Assembly (NCBI GenBank): GCA_035577625.1
Contig: DATLVG010000139.1
Coordinates: 16,114 to 80,113, forward strand
Source: Candidatus Dormiibacterota bacterium
Lineage (GTDB): Bacteria; Acidobacteriota; Terriglobia; Acidiferrales; UBA7541
Direction: 5' to 3'
Length of the DNA stretch: 64,000 bases
Position numbers and translations under genes: made by a program. Below, piece after piece: positions 46,746-56,564 of this stretch (the stretch's first letter is position 1; the number at the start of each line of letters is the position of its first letter). A model generated the notes under the pieces. The model was not told the origin of the DNA. It saw only the letters and a list, made by a program, of their open reading frames with translations, and made no database searches.

Positions 46746-49700
46746 CTAGTCTGTGCCGACGGCGACGGCGGAAGAATGTTGGCGAAAGGCCTCGTCCAAC
46801 ACTTGATCCATTTCCCTGGCGAGTAAATCCACATGTGGCAGTTGGAACATGTCGTCGTGATCGCCAGGCATCTCTATAATTTTGAGACCGTCAAGAAGCA
46901 GACCTGACCAACCCAGTTGCGAATCGCAGCAGGGGCCCATCGGCTGAGCTTCACAGCGAAAGAGGACGGCTCGGCCGGGATAAGCCTTCGGAAAGTATGC
47001 GCGCGCGGCGACATAGACAGCTTTGCTGGCATCTGGCGGTTCGTTTTTTACTTGCTTGGTGGAGCGCCGCTGCTTGCGGTCGGAGATCATCCAAAGCATG
47101 CGATTGAAACCGACGCGCAACTGTTTCATGGAATCCCGCAGGTGTGCCCGAAGCGCCTCACCGCGAAGACGCCAGAGAGCCAGAGTGTGACGCTTTACTT
47201 TCCAACCGAAAAGATAGAGCGCAGCAGCAGTCTTCTGCCAAAGAGTCGAACGGCTGAGGCCATTCCAATTCACAACGTCAAAGAGAACGATAAGCGGGAC
47301 TTCTTGCCCCTGACTGGTCAATTGTCGGGCGACTTCAAACGCGACCAGGCCGCCAGCAGACCATCCTCCGAGATAGTACGGGCCTTCCGGCTGAATTTCC
47401 CGGATCGTTTGAATGTGATAGGCGGCGATGTCCGCCATGGAATAGTGAGTCGGCAGGGAGTCGGTTTCGGCCAGGCGGAGGCCGAGAAACGGCTGCTCGG
47501 GATTCAGTCGTTGAGCCAACTGACGGAAAAAGGGGCCTGCATCCACGCAGAGGAAGGGCGGCCGATGGCCGTCGGGTTTGATAGCGGCGACGCGGGGTGA
47601 GCCATTGGGCGCCGACTTGCCGCTGAGGACCACAGACAAGCTTGCGATCGTAGGCGCTTGAAAGAGTGTTGCGAGGGGAAGACTGATACCCCAGATCTTT
47701 TTGACCTTCGCGGAGAGGCGAGCCGCGAGCAAAGAATGGCCGCCAAGATCGAAAAAATTGTCCTTTGGGCCAATGTGATCCACTCCAAGCAAGTCCTTCC
47801 AGATGCCAGTCAATTGAGCTTCAATGCCTTCGCGGGAAGCCAATTCGGCCGAAGGAGGACGCGACGGAATGGAGGAGGAAGATCTTGTTGCGCGGTCAAG
47901 CTGAAGTTGCCTTTGGAAATCATCGGCAGATGCAATGATGCGGGAGGTTTGGGCGGACAAGATTCGTTGAAACGCACGAGCCCCTTCGTCCGCGGAGATA
48001 GCCAAGCGCTCCGATTGGACGAGTGATTCCGTCGGGACCAGAATAGGCATAGGGCGTTCAGAGGGAGTATCGCCAGCAACCGTACCTGGATTTTCGATTT
48101 TCCTGAGAGAAAACTCTTCGATTTCGATGAGAGCGGAGCCGGACTCATCGAGGACGGTGATGTCGAAAGCGACGATGTCGTCGGTAGCGCGATTGGGGCG
48201 GACGGAGCGGATATGGCTGTAAGCACGGCCCGGCAACCGGCCGTGAATCACAAGCCGCTTGTAAGAGATGGGAAGATAGAGCCGATCGGAAGATGCGTAA
48301 TCCCCGATGAGATAAAGCGCAGAACCCGTGGCGAGATCGAGGAGAGCGGGGTGAATGGTATAGGCGTTGAGATCCGAATGGAATTCTGGAGAGAGCTGCA
48401 AGGAGGAAAGGCACTCTCCTTCGCCCAGCCGAATGCTCTTCAAGTTCTTCCAACGAGGGCCAAAATTTAGGAATTTTTCCTGAAGAGTATGATGCTCCGC
48501 ATCGAAGATAAGTTCCTTGCGTGAACATTTTGCGGCGAGCGAGGCGAGGTCGCATTTCTTGGGTGGCTTGCTGGCAGTGCGAGAAATCAGACCTGTGGCG
48601 CACTCGCGCCAATCTGCCTCTTGCGAATAGACAGAGAACTGAAACGACGAAGCTTCTCGCTTTAACGAAAGGCGAACGTGGCGCGTCTCTTCCGCGGGCA
48701 CAGAGAGTGGCGCGAGAAAGAAAACGTCGCGAAGCTCAATGCTGCCCGAGAGGGAGCCCATCGCGGCGATCGCCATTTCCAGATAGCCAGTGCCAGGAAC
48801 AAGCGCGGTGCCATTTTTGAAGCGGTGCTCTTCGAGGAGCCAGTGTTTCGAGCGGCTGAATTGGCTGGAAAAGCCGAGTTCGTCGCCGGTATCGAGGGTA
48901 CGTTTGTCGAGGAGCGGATGAACGGCAGTCGAGGCACGGTCGCCCATGCCGACATCCTTCCAAAGGCCCCAATTCACTGCGATTGCGGGCACGTCTGGTT
49001 TGGAAGAGACAAAGGCATCGAGAAAAGCGTTGGCGGCCGCATAATCCACTTGCCCCGCGGGGGGTAGCAGAGAGCTTACGGAAGAGCAGAGCATTAGAAA
49101 ATCGAGGTGAGCGCCGGCGAAAACTTTCTCGAGAACGAGAGTGCCGGCGATTTTGGGAGCGAACACGCGCGAGGCACTTTCTGCCGATTTGAACTGGAAA
49201 GGAGAATCCTCGAGGACACCCGCGGCGTGGATCACGCCGTGAATCCGGCCAAAGCGATGATGAGCGGCTTCGACAGCTTTCTGCATTTCGTCCAGACTAG
49301 ACACATCGGCGCTGCAGATTTGAACCTCGGAACCAAGCGCTTCGATCGCGAGAAGCTTGCGCGCGCGATGGCGTTCCGGGTACGAAGCGTTTTGTGACTC
49401 CGCGAGAGAGCGCCACTCCGAGCGCGGGGCAGCACCAGTTCGACTCAGAAGGATAAGCTTGGCGCGGACAGTGCGAGCAAGATGTTCAGCCAGAACGAGC
49501 CCGATGCCGCCGAGTCCACCGGTAATGAGATAAACGCCGTTTTCCCTTAACTTGCCAAGAGCAGGCTCGGGAAGAGCCAAGGTTTCTGCGGACTCTACAA
49601 AACGCTGCGAACGGCGATAGGCGACAACAGGATCGAAAGAGGGAGAGGAGCACTCTTCGACGAGAATCTTTGCCGCTTCCGTTGAATTTAGTTCCCGCTG

Positions 49701-52700
49701 GTCCAAATCAATGTTGCGGCAGGTGATCCCGGGAAAGTCCTTCGGAATCACTCGGACGGGACCGAGTAGCGCGGCCTGCAGCGGCGCTTCCGATTTGTGA
49801 TCATCCAAGGAGTGCAGTCGATCGGAAACGATCGCAATGTCAATTCCGGAAAGGTCTTGACCGGCTAGGGCCTGGGCAAGAAAGAGCAAACTGGAGAAGG
49901 AGCGATTCAGCGAAGAGTGCATATCGAGTTTCGCACTCAGAATTCCCAATGAGAGCAGATGAACTATTTGCGAAGGAACAGACTTCTTCTGGATTAAGTC
50001 AGCGACGACAGCTTCAAAATCTTCGTGGTGGCTGATGCGAACGCGATACTTCCCTTGCCCGAGGACTCTGTAGGTGTCCCCGATGAACACTTCAATTACA
50101 TTCTTTCCTTCCGTTGTGAGCCGCTTTCGCAGCGCAGCCGCCAAAGGAGTACTGTCCTGCAAGAGGAGCCAGGGAGCGGTACTGGCAGAGGCGCCGGGAG
50201 CTATTTGCTGCGCCCTCCAAGAGGGACGATGAAAACTGACCGCTGATTGCGGCGTGGGAATGGAAGCCGGAGAACGGACGGCGGGCGCCTGGATTGATTC
50301 ACCGCCCTCGATCCAGTAGCGCTGGTGATCAAAGGGATAGGTAGGAAGCGGTATGCGTCCAACCGTTTCTCCGAGATGGAGCGCGGACCATTTGAAGGGT
50401 TGTCCGTGAATCCAAAGCTGAGCAACTGCGGAAAGAAGGAAGGCGCCGTCGTTGGTTGAGTCTTGTACGTGCCGCGTGGAGGGAAGCACGCGAGCGTTTT
50501 TTGCGGGGTGCTGCCGGGCGAGCGAGGTCAAAACCTGGCCGGGGCCGACTTCAAGCAAAAGCCAGTCTGGTTTTTCGAAGAGCTTCGAGAGGCAATCAGA
50601 AAAGCGAACAGTTCTGCGCAAGTGGTCTGCCCAATAGGCCGGGTCGGTTGCTTGCTCGGAATTAATCCAGTCACCAGTAACGTTGGACAGGAAAGGAATT
50701 TGCGGCGAGCGGAGGCGCATATCGCGCAGACGTTTCGTGAACGTCTCGAGGATCGGATCCATCATGGCGGAATGGAAGGCGTGCGACGTGTGGAGACGGC
50801 GGCCCGTGATGCCGCGGTTGGCAAGTGTTTTTTCGAATTGATCAATCAAATCAAACGGACCGGATACGACGCATTGGTCGGGTGAGTTGACCGCCGCAAG
50901 AGAAAGACCGTGTGGTACGGTGAGTTCGCTTGGCTGGATCGGCACCGCGAGCATGGCGCCGGCAGGAAGATCCTGCATCAGCCGGCCACGGAGTGCCGTC
51001 ACGGCGAGCGCGTCTTCGAGGGAGAAGACACCTGCGAGGCACGCGGCAACATACTCACCGATGCTGTGACCCAACATCGCTTTCGGTGTGACGCCGACCG
51101 ACATCCACCATTGAGCCAGCGAGTATTCAAGGCTGAAAAGAGCGGGTTGCGTAAGCCACGTTTGATTCAACGTTTCTTTGATTGTTTCCCCGTTCGCTGA
51201 ATCCGGAAACAGGACTTGGCGGACATCGAATCGAAGCAACGGCAAAAGAGAGGCTGCGCAACGGTCGAAGTTCTCTCGAAATACGGGCTCCGACTCGTAT
51301 AGACCGCGACACATGCCGACATATTGGGAACCCTGTCCCGAAAACAAGAAAACAATATGGGGAGAGTCCGCGACTGTTTTCGACGCCAGGGCATTTCGCG
51401 GCTCTTCGTCTCGAAGTGCGCGAACGGCTTGCGCATGGTCGGCTGCGACGAACGCTCGGCGAATGGGAAATTCCTTTCGGCCTGCCTGGAGGGTAAAGGC
51501 GATATCGGCGAGTCGGAGCGAAGGATTATCCGCGATGTAAGAGGCAAGGTTATTGCACGCATTCTTCAAAGCAGTTTCAGTTTTGGCAGAGACTGTTAGC
51601 AACTGAAAGGGCTTTTCACCTTGCGCAAGCGGCAGTGGCGGCGCCTCTTCCAAAATTACGTGCGCGTTCGTCCCGCCGATGCCGAGCGAAGTTACGCCCG
51701 CTCGCCGAGGCGCGTTGCCGGCGGCCCAATTCGCGAGCTTTGCATTCACGAAAAAAGGGCTGTCGGCAAAATCGATCATCGGATTTGGTTTTTCGAAATG
51801 AAGGCTGGCAGGAATCTGTTTGTTCTCCAGGGCAAGAGCAGTTTTAATTATGCCTGCTACACCGGCCGCGGCGTCCAAATGGCCGAGGTTCGATTTGACG
51901 GATCCAATCGCACAGAAATTCTTGCGCTGCGTGGTGGCGCGAAAGGCTTTGGTGAGCGCCTTGATTTCGATGGGATCGCCGACGATGGTGCCGGTGCCGT
52001 GCGTTTCCACGTACGAAATGCTATCCGCGAAAATTCCGGCTACGCCGATCGCCTCGGAAATGACTTCTGCCTGGCCTTCGACGCTTGGGGCAAGGAAGCC
52101 AACTTTGCGCGCGCCGTCATTGTTAATGGCGGAACTCAAAATGACTGCGTGAATGGTATCGCGGTCCGCGATCGCGTCTTCCAGGCGACGAAGTACGATG
52201 GCGCCCACGCCGCTCGAAAAGACCGTGCCACTGGATGAAGCATCGAACGAGCGGCAATGCCCATCGCGAGAGAGAATCTCGCCTTCGCGGTATAAGTAGC
52301 CATGACCGTGAGGAATCTCAATCGTGACGCCGCCGGCGAGCGCCATGTCACATTCTTGGTTCAAAAGCGCCTGGCTTGCGAGATGGACAGCGACAAGAGA
52401 CGTGGAGCACGCTGTTTGGACGTTCATACTCGGGCCGCGAAGATCCAGCTGATATGAGACGCGCGTGGCGAGCACATCTTTGTCATTGCCGGTCTGTTTC
52501 ACCAAAAAAAGGCCGACACTTTCCATCAACTTGTGGTTGGTAAGCAAATTGTAGATGAGGTAGGTATTCAAGCCGGAACCGGCGTAAACAGCGATGGAGC
52601 CCGGAAATTGATCGGGTGGGTGACCGGCGCTTTCTAGTGCTTCCCAGGTGCACTCGAGGAAATGGCGGTGCTGCGGATCCATGATGGAGGCATCGCGCGG

Positions 52701-52937
52701 ACTGAAACCGAAGAAAGGCGCGTCAAATTGATCAACACCATCGAGAGTTGGTGCGGCCTTGACGTAGTCGGGATTCGCGATGTCCTCGGGGCGAACGCCT
52801 GCAGCAAGAAGCTCTTCGTCTGAGAGACGCCGAACGCTTTCGACTCCGTTACGCAGGTTGTTCCAGAAGTGGCGAAGGTTTGGCGCCCCCGGAAATCTTC
52901 CGGCCATTCCAACGATGGCGATGGAAGTACTCGGCAT
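46746..52937 (-). CDS. Type I PKS: KS-AT-KR(with embedded DH)-ACP-TE
   Basis: KS NDKD/VQTACSTSL/HGTGT/GHL; AT GHSIG and HAFH; KR TGGLGGIG, LED, YAAAN; DH HRFKNGTALVP and HPALLD; ACP GGHSL; TE GWSAGG and GDH. Confidence 0.95.
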   Translation of the reverse strand: MPSTSIAIVGMAGRFPGAPNLRHFWNNLRNGVESVRRLSDEELLAAGVRPEDIANPDYVKAAPTLDGVDQFDAPFFGFSPRDASIMDPQHRHFLECTWEALESAGHPPDQFPGSIAVYAGSGLNTYLIYNLLTNHKLMESVGLFLVKQTGNDKDVLATRVSYQLDLRGPSMNVQTACSTSLVAVHLASQALLNQECDMALAGGVTIEIPHGHGYLYREGEILSRDGHCRSFDASSSGTVFSSGVGAIVLRRLEDAIADRDTIHAVILSSAINNDGARKVGFLAPSVEGQAEVISEAIGVAGIFADSISYVETHGTGTIVGDPIEIKALTKAFRATTQRKNFCAIGSVKSNLGHLDAAAGVAGIIKTALALENKQIPASLHFEKPNPMIDFADSPFFVNAKLANWAAGNAPRRAGVTSLGIGGTNAHVILEEAPPLPLAQGEKPFQLLTVSAKTETALKNACNNLASYIADNPSLRLADIAFTLQAGRKEFPIRRAFVAADHAQAVRALRDEEPRNALASKTVADSPHIVFLFSGQGSQYVGMCRGLYESEPVFRENFDRCAASLLPLLRFDVRQVLFPDSANGETIKETLNQTWLTQPALFSLEYSLAQWWMSVGVTPKAMLGHSIGEYVAACLAGVFSLEDALAVTALRGRLMQDLPAGAMLAVPIQPSELTVPHGLSLAAVNSPDQCVVSGPFDLIDQFEKTLANRGITGRRLHTSHAFHSAMMDPILETFTKRLRDMRLRSPQIPFLSNVTGDWINSEQATDPAYWADHLRRTVRFSDCLSKLFEKPDWLLLEVGPGQVLTSLARQHPAKNARVLPSTRHVQDSTNDGAFLLSAVAQLWIHGQPFKWSALHLGETVGRIPLPTYPFDHQRYWIEGGESIQAPAVRSPASIPTPQSAVSFHRPSWRAQQIAPGASASTAPWLLLQDSTPLAAALRKRLTTEGKNVIEVFIGDTYRVLGQGKYRVRISHHEDFEAVVADLIQKKSVPSQIVHLLSLGILSAKLDMHSSLNRSFSSLLFLAQALAGQDLSGIDIAIVSDRLHSLDDHKSEAPLQAALLGPVRVIPKDFPGITCRNIDLDQRELNSTEAAKILVEECSSPSFDPVVAYRRSQRFVESAETLALPEPALGKLRENGVYLITGGLGGIGLVLAEHLARTVRAKLILLSRTGAAPRSEWRSLAESQNASYPERHRARKLLAIEALGSEVQICSADVSSLDEMQKAVEAAHHRFGRIHGVIHAAGVLEDSPFQFKSAESASRVFAPKIAGTLVLEKVFAGAHLDFLMLCSSVSSLLPPAGQVDYAAANAFLDAFVSSKPDVPAIAVNWGLWKDVGMGDRASTAVHPLLDKRTLDTGDELGFSSQFSRSKHWLLEEHRFKNGTALVPGTGYLEMAIAAMGSLSGSIELRDVFFLAPLSVPAEETRHVRLSLKREASSFQFSVYSQEADWRECATGLISRTASKPPKKCDLASLAAKCSRKELIFDAEHHTLQEKFLNFGPRWKNLKSIRLGEGECLSSLQLSPEFHSDLNAYTIHPALLDLATGSALYLIGDYASSDRLYLPISYKRLVIHGRLPGRAYSHIRSVRPNRATDDIVAFDITVLDESGSALIEIEEFSLRKIENPGTVAGDTPSERPMPILVPTESLVQSERLAISADEGARAFQRILSAQTSRIIASADDFQRQLQLDRATRSSSSIPSRPPSAELASREGIEAQLTGIWKDLLGVDHIGPKDNFFDLGGHSLLAARLSAKVKKIWGISLPLATLFQAPTIASLSVVLSGKSAPNGSPRVAAIKPDGHRPPFLCVDAGPFFRQLAQRLNPEQPFLGLRLAETDSLPTHYSMADIAAYHIQTIREIQPEGPYYLGGWSAGGLVAFEVARQLTSQGQEVPLIVLFDVVNWNGLSRSTLWQKTAAALYLFGWKVKRHTLALWRLRGEALRAHLRDSMKQLRVGFNRMLWMISDRKQRRSTKQVKNEPPDASKAVYVAARAYFPKAYPGRAVLFRCEAQPMGPCCDSQLGWSGLLLDGLKIIEMPGDHDDMFQLPHVDLLAREMDQVLDEAFRQHSSAVAVGTD

Positions 52938-54799
52938 CAATCACCTCGAGCGGAACGCGCTTCGCGGCGGCGCTGCGCTCGCGCGGAAAATGGAGCAGGT
53001 GCGGTATATTCCTCGCCGCCCAGATGACGAGCGAGTGACGCAACCGTGGGAAACTCGAAGAGGTCCACAAGAGAGATTTCGCGGGCGAGTTTGTCTTGGA
53101 GCCGTGAGTGAACTTCGGCGATCAGCAGCGAGTGAGCCCCCAAGTCAAAGAAGTTGGCGGTCAGCGGAATTTGCGGCACCCCCAGCGCTTCGGCAAACAC
53201 TTCAATCAGCGTGGCTTCGAGGTCCGTTGTTTGTGACGCTGACGCCGAAATTGGAATTTCAATTTCTGGCGATTGAGGCGGCAGTGCATTTCGGTCGATT
53301 TTCCCGTTGGCGGTGAGCGGAAGCGAGTTCAAGAACACAATCTGCCCCGGGACCATAAAAACTGGCAATTTGTTGCGCATATGTGAGCGAAGAGCCGATG
53401 GATCGGCGGCTAGTCCATTCGAAGGGACGATATATGCGATTAGCCGTGTGTCAGCTGCCGTATCTTCACGGGCGACAACCACAGCCTGGTGCACTTCGGG
53501 AAGCTCTTCGAGGACTGCTTCAATTTCTCCCAACTCAATCCTGAACCCGCGGACCTTTACTTGATGATCCATGCGACCGAGAAAATCGACGTTTCCGGTC
53601 GGCAGCAGGCGCGCCACGTCGCCAGTCCAATACATTCTTCCGCCGGGCGAAAATGGATCCGGCAGAAACCGCTTGGCGGTCAACTCCGGCTTTCCGAGAT
53701 AACCACGAACGACGCCTTCACCACCAATGTAAAGCGCCCCGGCTTGGCCGTGTGGAACGGGATCCAGGTTTTCGTCGAGGATGTAAAGAAAGTTGTTGGC
53801 AATTGGAACGCCTATGGGCACGCTGCTGCCGAAGTCGGTGACCCGATGGGCGCTGGACCAGATCGTCGTTTCGGTCGGTCCATACATGTTATAAAGCTCG
53901 CCTGAAAAAACAGTCCGAATCTGGGCAACGAGCGAGGCAGGCAGCGCTTCTCCTCCCAGGAGCAAGACCTTCAAATCAGCAAGTGACGCCAGGACGCGGG
54001 AGTCCATCGCGAGGATGCGAGCGAGCGAAGGAGTAGATTGCAGATGCGTCACGCCAAATTCGCGGATCTCCTGGGCGACAGAATGCGGATCGTGCCCGCT
54101 ATGCAGCACAACGGTGAAACCACGGGTCAGCGTCCACAGCAGCTCGAGGACAGAAATGTCGAATGCCATGCTGGTCACCGCGAGCCAGACGCCGGGCGTA
54201 TTTCCGATGAGACGATCCATCGCGGTGAAAAAATTGACGACGTTCCGGTGTTCGATCATCACGCCTTTTGGCTTGCCGGTGGAACCGGACGTGTAGATGA
54301 CGTAGGCGAGATTGGAACTGGTTGTCTCTGAGACGACGGTTTGCGGTGATGCAGGAGCCTCTTTGGCGGGAATATCGACAGCGATGGTATGCGCTGCCGT
54401 TGCGGGAAGTTTCGAGTAACTCTGGGCCGTCGTAAGAATCAGCGAGAGACCAGAATCTTCCACCATCGCCGCGAGGCGTGCTCCGGGATATTGCGGATCA
54501 AGGGGCACGTACGCACCGCCAGCCTTGAGTATGCCCAAAATTGCGATCAGCATGTGCTCGGAGCGTTCGATAGCGACTCCGACCACGCCATCGGGCCCCA
54601 CACCAAGTCTCTGTAGCCGCCAAGCGAGTTCATTCGAGCGATCGCTCAACTCACTGTACGTTAGCCGCGTAGAGCCAGCGACCAAAGCGCAAACGTCAGG
54701 CGACTTTTGAACCTGTTCGGAAAATAGCTCCGCGATGGTCTTGTCGCGAGGATAGTCCGCGGTCGTGCGGTTGAGGACCAGGAATTCAGCGGGCAACAA
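52937..54799 (-). CDS. Stand-alone NRPS adenylation-thiolation didomain, glycine-type code
   Basis: YTSGSTGKPKG, FDIS, NMYGPTE, TGD, NGKIDR, LGAHSL; code read as DILQLGMIWK; TTG start with GGAG 7 nt upstream. Confidence 0.92.
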   Translation of the reverse strand: MLPAEFLVLNRTTADYPRDKTIAELFSEQVQKSPDVCALVAGSTRLTYSELSDRSNELAWRLQRLGVGPDGVVGVAIERSEHMLIAILGILKAGGAYVPLDPQYPGARLAAMVEDSGLSLILTTAQSYSKLPATAAHTIAVDIPAKEAPASPQTVVSETTSSNLAYVIYTSGSTGKPKGVMIEHRNVVNFFTAMDRLIGNTPGVWLAVTSMAFDISVLELLWTLTRGFTVVLHSGHDPHSVAQEIREFGVTHLQSTPSLARILAMDSRVLASLADLKVLLLGGEALPASLVAQIRTVFSGELYNMYGPTETTIWSSAHRVTDFGSSVPIGVPIANNFLYILDENLDPVPHGQAGALYIGGEGVVRGYLGKPELTAKRFLPDPFSPGGRMYWTGDVARLLPTGNVDFLGRMDHQVKVRGFRIELGEIEAVLEELPEVHQAVVVAREDTAADTRLIAYIVPSNGLAADPSALRSHMRNKLPVFMVPGQIVFLNSLPLTANGKIDRNALPPQSPEIEIPISASASQTTDLEATLIEVFAEALGVPQIPLTANFFDLGAHSLLIAEVHSRLQDKLAREISLVDLFEFPTVASLARHLGGEEYTAPAPFSARAQRRREARSARGD

Positions 54800-56564
54800 G
54801 GTAGTTCTCCACGAACAGATACTCAATTCCGGTACCAAGAAAAGTTTCGACGGCTTCGTCCGGCGTGTTCACGATCGGCTGGCCTTTTACATTGAAGCTT
54901 GTGTTCAAAACCATTTCGCGCCCGGTGGTCTTGCCCACTGCGCGCAAAAGTGAATGGAAATCCGGATTGTCCTGCGCAGAGACCGTCTGCAGCCGGGCAG
55001 AACCGTTTACGTGAGTAATCGCAGGCAATTCTGCGCGGTGCTCCGGGCGAACGTCAACGATGGAAATCATATACGGAAGCTGCGTGCCGGGTGCTACTTC
55101 AAACCAACGGTGGGCTTGTTCGAGCGAACAAGCGGGGGCGAACGGCCGGAAGGCTTCCCGCTTTTTCACCATTGCGTTGATGCGATCGCGCATCTCCGGA
55201 TGGCCGGGGTCGGCGAGTATGCTGCGATTTCCCAGCGCGCGTGGGCCATACTCCATGCGTCCGCGGGACCAGGCAATGACGCGACCGGCTGCAATCAACC
55301 GGGCGGCTTCCGTCGTCGTTGCGGCTAAAGTTTCGAGCGGTGTCACCTTAATCCGGTCAGTGAATTTTGCGAAAGCCGTGCGAATTTGAGCGTCCGTGTA
55401 CGAAGGGCCCAACAGCGGCGCGGGCATTCGGCGATTCGAAAAATAGCCATTGAGCGACGCTCGATACAACGCGGCGCCGAGCGCGACGCCGTCGTCGCCC
55501 GCGACTGGTTGAACATAAACTTCGTCAAACAAGCCGGAGCGCATCAGCTTACCGTTCGCCGTGCAATTCAGGGAAACTCCACCGGCGAGGGCAAGTTTGC
55601 GAAGTCCGGTCTGCTTGCCGAAACTCGAACAAACGTGAAGGACGACTCGTTCGAGGCACTCCTGCAGTGCCGCGGCCACGTCTTGGTGAGCTTGCGTGAC
55701 TTCATCGTTCGGGCCACGCCGTTGAATCAAGTTGGCGTCGAAGAATGACCTAGTCGCGAGATAGTTTTCCCGCTCTTCGCGTGACTTATTCAGGCGCAGG
55801 CAAGGGATGCGAATGGTTCCATCGGGACGCAATTCCACTGCGGACTCGAAAAACGGCCGATAGCGAGAGGGATCGCCGTAGGGAGCCAGACCCATGATTT
55901 TGTACTCATCGGAGTTGAAATCGAATCCAAGATGCAGAGTTACCAGCGAATAGAGGATTCCGATCGAATCGCTGGCAGAAATCTCTTTGAGCTTTTCAAG
56001 CTTTCCGGATTTCGCACGAAACACAGTCAGACTTTGTATCTCGCCCATAGCGTCGTTTACGACAACGAGACATTCATCCCAACCCGAGGTAAACGCGGCG
56101 CTGGCGGCATGGGCGACGTGATGACCAACCGAATGCACTTTCTCGAGCGGAAAGGTCGGAAGATCGCGGCGGATCTGGTCGAGAAGGACCTCTTTCGCAA
56201 AAACCTGACGATAGAGTTCCGCCGAAGAGGGATCGAGTTCATAGATCTTCTTGTACGGCAAATAGTCGAAGCCGTGAGCGATTTCGGTTACTTGATCCAG
56301 GGACACGCCAGCTTGTTTCAGACAGAATTGAATCGCTCCTGCAGGAAATGCTCCCGTATGTTTCTTTAGGCTGAAGCGTTCCTGTTCGGCTGCGGCAACC
56401 AACTCGCCGTTTACAAGGATCGCGGCAGCCGCGTCGTGGCCCTGCGAAATACGATATTCGGCGGGCTGAAGACCGGGCCAGCGTTTCTGCTTAAAGGGCA
56501 CGGAGTTCTCTAGTCCGCTTATGCCGAGGATTACCTCTGCTGAGTTCGAGTTATGTTCCGTCAT
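54786..56564 (-). CDS. Carbamoyltransferase (NodU/CmcH/TobZ family)
   Basis: GHDAAA, HHVAHAASA, EYKIMGLAPYG, AGDDG, EYGPRALGNRSIL, KKREAFRPFAP, LNTSFN. Confidence 0.93.
   Translation of the reverse strand: MTEHNSNSAEVILGISGLENSVPFKQKRWPGLQPAEYRISQGHDAAAAILVNGELVAAAEQERFSLKKHTGAFPAGAIQFCLKQAGVSLDQVTEIAHGFDYLPYKKIYELDPSSAELYRQVFAKEVLLDQIRRDLPTFPLEKVHSVGHHVAHAASAAFTSGWDECLVVVNDAMGEIQSLTVFRAKSGKLEKLKEISASDSIGILYSLVTLHLGFDFNSDEYKIMGLAPYGDPSRYRPFFESAVELRPDGTIRIPCLRLNKSREERENYLATRSFFDANLIQRRGPNDEVTQAHQDVAAALQECLERVVLHVCSSFGKQTGLRKLALAGGVSLNCTANGKLMRSGLFDEVYVQPVAGDDGVALGAALYRASLNGYFSNRRMPAPLLGPSYTDAQIRTAFAKFTDRIKVTPLETLAATTTEAARLIAAGRVIAWSRGRMEYGPRALGNRSILADPGHPEMRDRINAMVKKREAFRPFAPACSLEQAHRWFEVAPGTQLPYMISIVDVRPEHRAELPAITHVNGSARLQTVSAQDNPDFHSLLRAVGKTTGREMVLNTSFNVKGQPIVNTPDEAVETFLGTGIEYLFVENYLVAR

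Noticed and set aside
54786-54838. Frameshifted carbamoyltransferase-NRPS fusion
   Set aside because: The carbamoyltransferase ends at a normal C-terminus and the A-T gene has its own TTG with a well-spaced GGAG; translational coupling is the simpler reading
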